Positions 1 through 11,320 of a DNA stretch of 38,904 nt are shown in pieces; within the stretch, counting starts at the first letter, position 1; each line of letters begins with the position of its first letter. Made by a program: the position numbers and the translations under genes. The notes beneath the pieces are model-generated. The model ran no database searches. It was not told the DNA's origin and was given only the letters and a program-made list of their open reading frames with translations. The DNA is from Thraustotheca clavata (taxonomy: Eukaryota). Location of the stretch: the NCBI GenBank assembly GCA_002081575.1, contig JNBS01000055.1, positions 1 through 38,904 on the forward strand. The letters run 5' to 3'.

Positions 1-543
1 TAAGAAATGGAACAGTAGATATTGTAGCAATTGGGGTCCATTCAGCAATACCAAACACGTACGTGACTACTCTAGTACCAGGTTTACATTTAGCAGCTAA
101 CAACCGAGCAATGCTTTCATGTGGCAGAAAAAACATTGTAATAATCGTCACATCACCAAAGTTGACATTGACCCAGTCATCCAAGATAAATTCTGTTGCT
201 TTAGAGTATTGTGGACTTTGAAGACATTGACGAATAAGTACAGGATCAATATCAATTCCAATAGCTTTTTTGACTGAATATGGTTCTTGCACTACAGCAA
301 ACACAATTCTACCATCACCACTTCCAATATCCAAGAGAGTATCTTCTGCAGAAACTCTCCCAAGGCTAAGCATTGCATGAACAGCTTGCATTTTACATGG
401 TACAAATGGAGACCACACTAGAGAGTTTTAAGATGAAATGGTATGAAATATGTACCTTGGTTTTGTTTAACTCGTTCAACATGAAGCTTTCTTGAACGAT
501 TGCCTCGAAAGACTGCTTGGAAACGAGTGATACCAGTAGCCAT
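1..543 (-). CDS. Class I SAM-dependent (FAM173/DOT1-like) protein methyltransferase with N-terminal IQ motif; 3' end lies outside the window
   Basis: Not in the ORF track. Manual translation from ATG 543, with a 38-nt GT-AG intron at 418-455, gives MATGITRFQAVFRGNRSRKLHVERVKQNQ/VWSPFVPCKMQAVHAMLSLGRVSAEDTLLDIGSGDGRIVFAVVQ...KKAIGIDID...TIITMFFLP...KCKPGTRVVTYVF. PFVP, DIGSGDGRIV (motif I), GIDID and PGTRVVxYxF are typical of FAM173-like methyltransferases. Confidence 0.8.
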
Positions 544-592
544 AGAATGTAGATGAAAAATGAACGAGTTACGAGCTTATAACTACTGAAAC

Positions 593-1528
593 TTACAAAC
601 GAGATGGAGATGATACTTCTGTAAATGTGAACTCGCCACCATCAAGAACAATAGTATTGCGTTCAACTACACGCACTTGGAATTGCACAGTCGAAGCACT
701 TGTCTTCCACATACGAGTTTCAAGGGTTTCTCCAGGAAAACATGGTTTTGAGAAGCGAACACTCATCTTCTTAAAGCCATTGCTATTGTTGCTGCAAAAG
801 CTTTGGAGAAGAGCACGTGCAGTCACACCCATTGTACATAAACCATGGAGAATAGGTTGAGGAAATCCAGCAGATTCAGCAAATTCGTAGTCAATGTGCA
901 ATGGATTATAGTCTCCAGAAAGACGATAGAATTGAGCTTGAGCTGGAGACGTGGCTAATGCAAGAACAACATCAGGATCTCGCTTTGGCATTGCTGGACG
1001 ACGTGGAGCGATACGTCCTTGGCCTTTGAAAGTGCTTTCAAGTCCACGATAAAACGATCCCATGACAAGAGTAGCAAGCGGTTGACCATCAGCATCAACC
1101 ATTTTGTACTCAGTTTCCATTAGAGCTCCTGAAGCTCCTTTAGGATGGAAAGAAAGAATGCTTTTATGACAAGTCACGGTACTTCCTCCTGGAGGCAATG
1201 GTCGATGAATTTCAATTGTTTGTTCACCATGAAGAGTCATGCCAGGGTTAAAGTCAGGCATTCCATTAGGAACAGACGACATACTTGGTGGAGGGAATGG
1301 AACAACGTCTTGAGAATCTCCTTTAAACAACAAGACAACAGGATACAATGGAAATGCGCTAAATCGAGCGTTTAACTCTGATGTGAATGCCAAATCAGAC
1401 ACTACGCGATCCTTGGTTGGGTAATAGCCACAGCCAATTCCGAGGGAATAGATTAATAGGTCTCTTGTCGTGTACGAAGCATTGAAAGACTCTTTGCTTG
1501 CGAGGATCTCATCTACGTTGGCTGCCAT
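593..1528 (-). CDS. ECH2: Peroxisomal (R)-specific enoyl-CoA hydratase 2 (MaoC double hot-dog fold; MFE-2 hydratase-like)
   Basis: Intronless 311-aa ORF with LHGEQ, the hydratase-2 motif YRLSGDYNPLHID...AGFPQPILHGLCTMG, RFSKPCFPGETL and a C-terminal PTS1 tripeptide SRL. Confidence 0.93.
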   Translation of the reverse strand: MAANVDEILASKESFNASYTTRDLLIYSLGIGCGYYPTKDRVVSDLAFTSELNARFSAFPLYPVVLLFKGDSQDVVPFPPPSMSSVPNGMPDFNPGMTLHGEQTIEIHRPLPPGGSTVTCHKSILSFHPKGASGALMETEYKMVDADGQPLATLVMGSFYRGLESTFKGQGRIAPRRPAMPKRDPDVVLALATSPAQAQFYRLSGDYNPLHIDYEFAESAGFPQPILHGLCTMGVTARALLQSFCSNNSNGFKKMSVRFSKPCFPGETLETRMWKTSASTVQFQVRVVERNTIVLDGGEFTFTEVSSPSRL

Positions 1529-1917
1529 GGGAACAATTCAATTATGATCATCTTGTGATTGTCAACATTAACCTAATTCTTATTGGTTTATTTGGACCAA
1601 TCAACATGGACCAGAATTGACGATCTTGAAATGACGTGGAGAAGCAAGAGGCAAGAGCGAATGTAGATGAAAATATATGAAGATTTAATGCCGTGAATTG
1701 CTTTAATGGGGCTATTTACGTGGATACGTAGAGCGATGAGGGTGTAAATGGCATTGGAGCAGTGATGATGAAACGAGAGGATAAAACCAATCATTCGAGT
1801 ATCAACTTCAAGCAACTGTGCTTGTATGAAGAGTTCTGATGATGATTTAAAGTACCGGTAAAGCATGTTATGAAATGAAAATATATATCTGTTCATCAAT
1901 GAAAGCTATCGCGTTAA

Positions 1918-3838
1918 CTAGGCAGTATGCTCGCGAAATATGTTTACCAATTCATACGCTGTCGGACAATCATTAGGATCCGATTCAATGCATCGTACAG
2001 CAACATCATGTAGCCATGCAGGCATTCCATTTGAAAACTTTGGCTTGATCGTACCTGCAATCACCATTCCCACGATTGCAGTGTCCACAAGAGGTTTGCC
2101 ATTCTTCTCATTGATAACATTTGCATACGTAATATCATGTGCATCAAACTCGGACAACAACATACCTATGACATACTTTGAAGTATATCATTAATACGAA
2201 ATTGATTTCTCATTACTTACCAAATGAAAAGATATCTGCAGCCACTGTGTAGTGATTCAATTGAAGAATCTCAGGTGCCACCCAACGATATGTGCCGACA
2301 TCAACAGTCATAGTTTCTTGTATGTCTTCTCGAGACACTCCAAAGTCTGTGAGTTTTGTGCCTTTGATACTGTCCAAGAGTACATTGCGCGATTTCAAAA
2401 TTCGATGAATGATTTGCATAGAGTGTAGATATACCAAAGCTTGTACAACACTGTTGATAGACTTGATCTTTTCATGCCAAGGGTATTCTGCATGTGAATG
2501 TTTGGAGAGGTAATCGCGCAAATCTCCCATACCCATGAACTCGAGTACACATTTGAGAGTAGATGGTGTTGTCCATAATGCACCAACTAGATGCACAATA
2601 TATGGAGAATCAAAGCTACACAGGGTTCAATATAGATAATAATGAGATGGTCATACCTTCCCATGAGTTTGATTTCATCCACCAAAGCTTGAACTTCACG
2701 TGCAGAAGATCGTGATGCAAGCAGTGTTTTGACAGCAACGGTTTGAGTTGATATTCTGCATACCAAACTTCTCCAAAAGTACCAGAGGCCATTTTGTTTT
2801 TGATAATGACTTCGGAGTCTTCGGGGCGAAGAAGCTCGAGCAATTGGAAGTCGATACTGTGATATTGTGTTTCTGTGCCTTTGGTTAAGGTGAGTTGGTT
2901 GCTATATGCAGTGTCAGGCATATCGGCAAACTGATTTTGTTTTTTTTCTTCTGCAATAGAAGAATGTAGCAATAGCAGCAATGACAACGACAACAGTGAC
3001 GACGACTCCAACGATGATACCAGTGTCATTAGTGCTAGTTGATGGTGTATTTGGTGGTGATGATGTCACTCCAGCAAATTCTAATTACAAAAATTAGCTT
3101 GTGAAGTTGACAGAATTGCTATATACCATCGATGACACAGACCTTGTTGTTTGTCCAAATTGTTTCTATCGTCACATTGTATTGTGAGCATAACGTGGGA
3201 TCAGTTGAAATCGGTAATGTTGAACAACTAGACTCCAATGCAAGCAAGACAGAGTAAGTTCCAGGATGAATGATAAAATTCTTATATAGGAGTCGTTGCT
3301 GTGCTTCCAAAATCACTAGATAATGTTTAGCACCACATTAAAAATTGCAACGTACAATGACGTCAACTTGTATGAAAACGTGATGTTGATAATGCTTGTT
3401 AATGGATTGCCATTTAGAGTAAATGATGTGCGTGATGAGAGATCAACCTCCGCGAGTCGTAATCATATGTGACTGTAAATCCCTACAATAGTTTTAAAAA
3501 CATCGAAAGCTATTGAGGCGATACAGGCTAGTCACTGTGTTTGGTATATAACTTGGAACAGCAGTCAGATTGTTAACCATCAGATTCCTAGTTAAGCATG
3601 AGTATTAATCTTTATACATTTTGTACAAGTTTTGTAGTGCAGTATACCATGAACTCAACGATAGATCTGTAAGTGAGTCATACGAGAGCTCTGTTACAGA
3701 ATGAAATATTTCGGCCTCTGGTGATGAAAATACACTGTAATTAGACCAGCGGGCCATTCTAATAACGATGTGTTTTGTAGCAATTTGGACTTGATCGAAT
3801 ACGCCTACAAGTATGAAAAATGAGAATCCAATATACAA
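1918..3838 (-). pseudogene. Degraded LRR-transmembrane-TKL receptor-like kinase
   Basis: LRR fragments (NLMVNNLTAVP; TLNGNPLTSI), a TM helix GIIVGVVTVVVVIAAIATFFYCRRKK, and kinase motifs ASGTFGEVW, VAVK, LTDFG, GTYRWVAPE, DIFSFG. Frameshifts occur at ~2940-2948 and ~2748, HRD reads HRI, and the subdomain XI Arg reads Cys. The 5' boundary is approximate. Confidence 0.8.
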
Positions 3839-4983
3839 AGTTGATTACAATTTGGAATTGCGGTAGTTGGTTAAATCACAAATTTGAGTAACACCAGCAA
3901 ATTGAGTAAGTGTATCATCTTCTTCTAAAGTTTCATGACATGTTGGATTCAGTAAACAAATTTTTCCTGGAGAACAATAGCCACCAAACCAATTGTCAAA
4001 AGCGATAGATTAGCAGGTTTTCCTTCTGCAGAACAACGACCTACACCCATTCGAGCTATTTGTTAAATGCCATTCAATTTGAATTTGTAAAACTCTTGAG
4101 AATCAAGAGTACATATCATTTTTCATAAGATAGAAAATACAACATATGTCTTGATCAGTCTACAATTGGCAGAAGGGGAAAACACTCCTAGCAAATAAAA
4201 TAGCGAACAGTCATGACGTGACCATCGAAATTTATTTGGCAAACTTGATAATGTTTGATCTGGTCTTGTCATAGCCTCAGCTTCTTCATATTGAGCACGC
4301 TTGAGAATTGTAATCCAGCATCTGTGCTTCTTCTTTGTGCCCAATAGAGCGGAAATTGGTGGTATTCTATGTGATAATAAACCTTGTGCGTTGGTGAAAT
4401 TCGGCACAGAGCAATAGTCTTTGCTCTACAATACTTCGAAGTATGATGACATTTACCTGGACTTATTTCCCTTTCTCAAGTATTGAGGTGTTTTTCCCAT
4501 TTTTAGGGGTGTTTTTCATGTTCTCTCTCTACAATTCTTTTGTTTCATAACCCAACAAAATATCTTTGTTGATAATAAAAAGTACAAAAGAATAACAAAA
4601 AGTATACCAGAGCAACAATAGATGTAGATGCAAGACGTTAACTTAATTGTAATCCGAATCCCACGAGAATCCTGCATTAACCATTCAGAATCAAATCATT
4701 TTTTTCAGCTTTAATTACTCCACATGCTATATAGCAACGTATATGACTTATACTTCATCTCAGTAAGCAATAAAGAGAGAGGTAAATTCAATTTGCAACC
4801 AATTTAACTTCAAATGGAAAATGTAAAGATATCTTTACTGTTAAGATCAACAAATACAAGTATAATTTAGAGTTATCTATTTATAACACAAGGGTATAGA
4901 TTATCAAGGGTTTGTAGTGGTATTTAGTTGAAGGGAGGTACTTAAGTGAATAAGACTCACAGTTGGAAAGCGCTGGACATACG

Positions 4984-7900
4984 ATGGAAGGTGAAGAAGA
5001 TAGTTAATCTTTGGTATTGATATCGTATATGTAGAGCATGCATCGAACGTGGAAGCAAAGGTATGTTTCTATCTTATTGTATGACTCTTATTAACCCTGT
5101 GTAGGTTGTAGAAGACTCGGATGTTGGATCAGGGTGTGCGGCATGTGGTCTGAACAATAATGAAGAAAGCATCTTACTCTGTGATGGTGATGGATGCACA
5201 GCAGAGTATCACATTTACTGTCTGTCTCCTCCATTGCAAAGCGTCCCAGATGGAGATTTCTATTGTCCAGTGTGTAGTGGAAAAGATTCGTATGAAGTCC
5301 GAGGTCACAAAGGTACACCTCAAGATAAAAATGTGAAATTTAACTAAAGTAGATGATGGCAACAATGAACCTCCAACTTACTCTGAAGAGCAAATTTACT
5401 TGGAACCTGTGTCTAATCTTCGAGGAGTGTTTCGTCGATATTATGAAGCGAGCAATGGGGATAAAACCAGGATTCGCTACAAACCATTTACAGCTATCGT
5501 ACCAGGAGACAATTCGACTAACTTGGGTGTGTTTCATTCAGAAGTACTTGCTGGGGAAGCTTATGATACCTACCTTGTTCAACGGAATCACCTTATTTCG
5601 CCACTTGATTTAAATTATCCCACAAAGATTACTAAGTACCAAAGCTTATCTGCTTCAAATGATGAAGCTGAACCTCCTGCACGTACTCGTCGCCCAAAGG
5701 TGGAGGCTAATGAAAAGATCTCTTCCCGTACTCGCAAACGTGGTGGGGATGAAGAGGCTGCTATATCCAAACGACGTAAAATTGATGTGCTTACTGTTCG
5801 TACTGGGGATATTCCAACTAATTACATTGGTGTTCTCGTTTTTGCAGATTTCTCTGTGGCTCAAATTAAAATCTTGGAGACAGTTGTCCATATTGGTGTC
5901 TTTGACACGCCTGAAGAAGCTGCTGCTGCATATGATCGTGAAGCTATTCGTCATTATTGTCGAGGAACACCACTCAACTTTCCTGAACGTCGGGCAGCGC
6001 TCGAAGCTCAAATAGAGAATGCTATTATCAAGCAAGAACCAACAATCCATACGCCAGAAAACAGATATAACAAGAACATTGAAAGGCTGCTAAAGTGGAC
6101 AAAGACTGTGCATCAAACTGTTAAGCTTATTGAAGCGTCTCGCCGTGTCGAGTGGCCGCAACTTGATGTAGATGGTATTGAAAATGGCCCCATTATTAAT
6201 GAGCAATTTACTGTCAAAGACAAGAAGGTTATAACATTGCTATTCATAAACATAACTCTGATATAGATTCGACGTTCATGTGCGGCTTTAAGTGCTTCAG
6301 TTGATAGCATCATTCAAGAATCAAAGTATTATCAGGAAAAATCACCAAGTGGAATGTTTTTAAATCCACCTCCAGGAGGGTGCTTTCTTGAGCTAGTTGC
6401 TCCTGCAGCTTTCATGAATTATTGTGAAAAAATTAATGAATTCTCCAAAGCTGATTTTGAAGGTATGAAGTTGATACGAATGATATCAATTTAATAAATA
6501 CTCAGACCCAAAAGAATTGGATGAAGCTTTAATGGTGGTTTTGGATGCACGTAAGGGATTTTTGAAAAAGAAGGTATCCGAGGACTCTATGATTCAAGAG
6601 CTTGAGCAATTTATGACGACAGCAGTCACAAAGTTTGCAAAATGCACTTGGCCGAAAGGACACAACAGCCACTTTGTAAATTATCGCTTTGTCCAAACAG
6701 AAACACTAAAATATGAAGATGGTTCTATCGACAAAGGAGAGTGCTGCTTAGCAATGGAAGTCGAAGAAAATGTGTTTGAGTTATACCCTCTCGAAACCTT
6801 ACAGCGAAAAATGATTACAAAAGACGATGTAGAAGTGCCAGTTCAATGGACTTTAGCCCAAGCGGAAGCTCATGAAATTGATGAGCTTGTTGCATATACC
6901 CAAGGTCTCGATATTTCTTCTTCCTCTGTCTGTGATATTGTACCATGGCTCAAGAATACTTTCAATCATGAATTTGATATTCGTCGTCGTGTTAAATCTA
7001 CATTGGAAACAAAACTTAAGCGTCTGGAGAAACTTCGTAGCGTTGAATCTCGATACGATAACTTTATGGAATCATGGGAACAAATTGTCGAGTCTCATGA
7101 TGCTGAAGTCAAGAACCACCGAAGTATGCGTGAAAGTGCTGAAATCGATGGGGTTTTCCTTCGTTCACTTGGTGCAGTAATTCTCCCTGGAATTGGAGAT
7201 GTATTGGAAAAATGTATTGGGCACATTCGCCAACACATGCAAAGTCTCTCGGAGCGGTTGGACACGTTCAGTATGGAATATGAATACTACACATCAGCTC
7301 TGGAGCAGCTCCTTGGAGTTGATGAAGTCGACTTGATTGCAGATAGCTACATCCGCTTTTTTACTCGGGAATTACACAGACTGTGGAAAGAAAAACATGC
7401 TTCGATCGAAACATTGTATTTACTCCTTCGTTCTGTCACTAAAGCTGTCGATGTAAATCCTCCAACAAGTGAAGTACAGCAGCTTACAGCTTTAATCGAA
7501 AAAGATATTGCACGATGGGAAGTTTTCACATGGCCACCAACTCTCCTTGATCAAACGAAGTCTTATCTTCACAGTACACGCGAAAGCAATGATATTCCAA
7601 TGAAGGTCAAGACTGAACCAACAGAGACTGTGGGCGAGTTAAAGATTTTGATGGAAGCAACCATCGACAAGAAAGAATTGCAGTTGAAGAGTTCAGATGC
7701 GGGAAAGAAGAGTTCTAAGCCCACAACTTTGGTTATTTACCACCCAGTTTGTATTAAACACGAGACACCAAGAGAGCATCCTGAATGTCCAGCTCGATTG
7801 ACAGTAAGTGCTATACTTTTGCACTTATCTAATGCCATTATTCTAGCATGTAGTAGCAACATTAGGCGATTTATCCAAGAGGCACATGAAAGTTCTCAAA

Positions 7901-9220
7901 GTGGAGCGTTTGGATGGCACTGCAGAGGAGCTTTCTCCATCAGAATCGGCATTATTACTTGTTCATTCGCCCGCTTACTTGGAGCAATTAAAATCGCGAT
8001 CTGAAGAAGCTACAGATGAAGCTCTTGTATTTGAGACTGATCCTGGTGACGACAATGATGGTGCAGTTCAAAGAGCTCCAGATGTAATTCGTCCTTTTGC
8101 TCTTTCAGGTGGTGCATTCCGTGCTTCTGCTCTTGAACGTAGCTCTGTTATGGACACTTATGTCAGTGCCAATTCTTGGGATGTCGCTCGTATTGCAGCA
8201 GGCACCGTTTGCATTGCAGTTGACAAAGTATTAAATGGAGAGTTTAAGAATGCAGTCTGCTTAGTTCGCCCACCAGGTATATTTCCCTCGTCTACTGTTC
8301 CTTTATATTTATTGTACTAGGCCATCATGTTGGACGCAATGGAAGAACACCAAGTGCTCCATCCTCTGGTTTTTGTCTCCTAAACAATGTTGTCATCGGT
8401 GCACTCCATGCTCGTATGCACCCTTCTGTCGTTCGAGTAGCTGTTCTTGACTGGGATATTCATCATGGCAATGGTACAGAAGAACTTATGCGTGGTGATC
8501 CTCGTTCCTTCTTTTCGTCGATTCATTTATATGTCAACCATTTTTTTCCTGGCACAGGTCCCACTGCAAATGATGGCAATATCATTAATGTCGGTCTCAC
8601 CGACTCTGGACTTGGTTCTGGCTCGGAGTAATTTTTCGCTAAGTCTATTCTGTCCTAAACTTTGTATTCTTTAGAGCTTTCCGAAGTGCCCTTACCGATC
8701 AAGTATTTCCTGCAATGATTGCATTTAAACCCGATATCATTTTTATTTCTGCTGGTTTTGATGGACACAAAGATGACATTCTTGGTGGTATGGCAGCAGT
8801 AGGAAAAAACTCAACTGCTCCTGCTGGCTACGTCGAAGAAGTAATCGATTCATTTCTTACAACTATAATATTCATCTTGTTCATTAGGATTATGCATGGG
8901 CAACCAAAGAAATCCTCGAAATTGCTGATTCATGTTGTCAAGGTCGAGTTATTTCAGTGCTCGAAGGTGGCTATGATGTTCGTCATGAAACAAATTCCTT
9001 GGCAAAATCCGTCTCTGCTCATATTCATGCAATTTGTGAAGGCTACAATCAACCTATTCCATCTCCATCCACTGAAGAAGAAACTAAAGGAGAACTTTCA
9101 TCTATTAAGACAGAAATGACAAGCAAAGGTCGTCTCGCAGCTCTTCTCGATCAGATCATTGATGACAACACGATTCTGATCGATGAAACACAACCCAAAC
9201 AAGAACGCATTAATCAATAA
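4984..9220 (+). CDS. PHD finger-AP2-AP2-class II-type histone deacetylase fusion protein (~1,280 aa, ~10 exons)
   Basis: PHD CAAC...ILLCDGDGCTAEYHIYCLSPPLQSVPDGDFYCPVC (~5135-5277; missed by the ORF track). AP2 domains at ~5420-5590 (LGVFHSEVLAGEAYD) and ~5820-5986 (YIGV...HIGVFDTPEEAAAAYDREA...LNFP). HDAC motifs HPECPARL, RPPGHH, GFCLLNN, DWDIHHGNGT, FFPGTG, SAGFDGH, LEGGY. GT-AG introns (e.g. 5313-5352, 7804-7846, 8841-8888) join the exons in frame. Confidence 0.88.
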
Positions 9221-9487
9221 AAGAAGTTTTGTTTATTCTCCCACAAGCATCTTTTCCCTTTGCACTAAAGCTACCATCTTCTTTTCCATTTCTTCTTTAT
9301 GATATTCTTCCTGCATTCATGATGTTATTTAGTCCAGGTAGACTAGTCTAATGTTATTCAATCACGGTATAGCAATTTGTCTCTTTAATGTAACTGGCTA
9401 ATGTGCTGCTAGATAACTGTATACTTACCAAGTTGTATAATTGATGTGTACTATCTTATCTGGGACGATGAATCAGAGATAAAAAGG

Positions 9488-10467
9488 ATGAATCTGTTCC
9501 ACAACGTTCGCGAGTATCTGACGCCGGTCCTCGCGGAGTCGGGCTTCGTGAGCGATGGCGTGCTTACACCCGATGAATTCGTAGCTGCGGGGGACCAGCT
9601 CTGCTACAAGTGTCCTACCTGGCGATGGGAAGCAGGCGATGCAGCCTCTCGCAAGGCATATTTACCCCCAAACAAACAGTTTTTGCGAACGACGGGAGTG
9701 CCATGCCGCCGCCGCGTGACGTCTTTGGAACAGGATTATGCGGCCGAGACGCCGCTTGTGGATGAGGAAGATGGAGAATGGATGGCTACACACAACAACA
9801 ATGTGGCGCTCAACGAAGTAGATCAGACGGAACGACTACAGAACATTTCACTCGAGAATGAAGAGGAAACCCCATCGATCAATATCTTAAGTTCACTTGT
9901 GGATGAACATTTTCAACTCAAAGGTGATGAAGTTGTGCCAGATTTACACTCGTTTGAAGACTCGGATAACCTTGTGGAAGAAGATGAAGCTGCATTGACG
10001 TATGTGGCAGCAACAGAACCAGATCCATTGGAACATGATGCAGAAGGTAACTTGGTGTACACTAGAACGTATGACCTCTCGATCACTTATGATAAGTACT
10101 ATCGAACACCACGTGTGTGGTTGTTTGGATATGAAGAAAGTGGAGCACCACTTAAACCAGAAGATATGCTCCAAGATATCATGCAGGTAAAGGTGTCAAT
10201 CGATTCAAGTAATGATGCAAGATGATGTAGGATTATGCTAATAAAACAGTAACACTGGAACCACACCCACATCAACCCGGTATTCCTCATGCAGCCATTC
10301 ATCCTTGTCAACATGGAGCTGTCATGAAGAGAATTGTGGCCAACTTGATGGCTGGAGGCAAAGAAATCCGATCGGATCAATACATGTTCATTTTTCTCAA
10401 GTTCCTACAATCCGTCATTCCAACAATCGACTATGACTATACCATGGAAGTCGAAGCGAAATCGTAA
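9488..10467 (+). CDS. ATG3: Autophagy E2-like enzyme ATG3 (2 exons; intron 10187-10230)
   Basis: REYLTP...GVLTPDEFVAAGDQL..KCPTWRW, YLPPNKQFL, RTYDLSITYDKYYRTPRVWLFGY. Exon 2 encodes DYANKTVTLEPHPH...AIHPCQHGAVMK (catalytic Cys)...FLKFLQSVIPTIDYDYT. Confidence 0.96.
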
Positions 10468-10502
10468 GGTAGAAAGATATCAAGTAATGAGCTTGCTTTG
10501 TA

Positions 10503-11168
10503 TTATTCTATTACGGCTGTTGCTTTTAAATCCATGAGAGCTTCATGAACCCATTTTCCTACAAGATTGGATTTCGTCGCAAGATAATGAGCATAATGCG
10601 TGTGGAGGCATTTCACTGACGCTCGATTGCGAATTCCTGCAATACCAACATCTTTTATTGCATGCTCCCATTGTTTAGCTTTGATAACTTGGATATCTCG
10701 TGGAGTAAGTAAACTCCATCGAAAATCAGCATAGCTTTGATGAGCATCTTCCATTTCCTTTGCATATTGTGGGTTTGCTACAAGACGATCTGTAAAAATT
10801 TCAACAAAGCCCATTCCTTCAAGAATTGACACTTTTTCCTTCAATTCCGTCGACGCAAGCCAATATGTTGTTGGGAAAGGTTCAATATACGCTCGATGAT
10901 GTTTCTTGTATGCATCCATGCAATTTCGTAAAGGATAAAGCAGAAGAACTGCAGGTTCGTTGCAATGTTGAGCATTTTCATGAGTTGCTACGACTCGAAT
11001 CAAGTTGTTTGGCACAGAACCCAGGTTTCGTTCAAGCGCCAACAACGTAAGCTTATCCTTAACTTCACAAGCTACTCCTTCACACTCGTACGTGTCTTTT
11101 AAAGGCTCTTCCATCGGTTCATGGGCAACTTCTCCGAGATCAAGGAAGACATGGTGTTCATCCTCCAT
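10503..11168 (-). CDS. DUF501 family protein
   Basis: PFPTTYWL...GIAGI....VKCLHTHYAHYLA...NLVG matches the DUF501 signature. First ATG is at 11168; intronless. Confidence 0.8.
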   Translation of the reverse strand: MEDEHHVFLDLGEVAHEPMEEPLKDTYECEGVACEVKDKLTLLALERNLGSVPNNLIRVVATHENAQHCNEPAVLLLYPLRNCMDAYKKHHRAYIEPFPTTYWLASTELKEKVSILEGMGFVEIFTDRLVANPQYAKEMEDAHQSYADFRWSLLTPRDIQVIKAKQWEHAIKDVGIAGIRNRASVKCLHTHYAHYLATKSNLVGKWVHEALMDLKATAVIE

Positions 11169-11320
11169 GTTAAAATTTACTATGAGAAAATGTATACCCT
11201 TGTTGCCAATCAATGTTCAAACCATCCAATCCCATGCGAAATATCAGTTCTTTTAAGCCAATAATACTGCTTGATTGTTTTGAGTTTTAACCAATCAGTT
11301 AAAAGTGAAACGGTTACACA

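Noticed and set aside
1588..1899. 103-aa minus-strand ORF between ECH2 and the kinase relic
   Set aside because: No recognisable motif or clear splice link to either neighbour; likely non-coding.
4123..4407. 94-aa minus-strand ORF as a possible Harbinger-like transposase relic
   Set aside because: Only a faint impression from EAEAMTRPD. There is no DDE motif, terminal inverted repeat or target-site duplication, and the start is not ATG.
4420..4620. A/T-rich short repeats (e.g. AAAAAGTA twice, CTCTACAAT twice)
   Set aside because: Short, irregular and expected in AT-rich intergenic DNA; no array periodicity or element boundaries.
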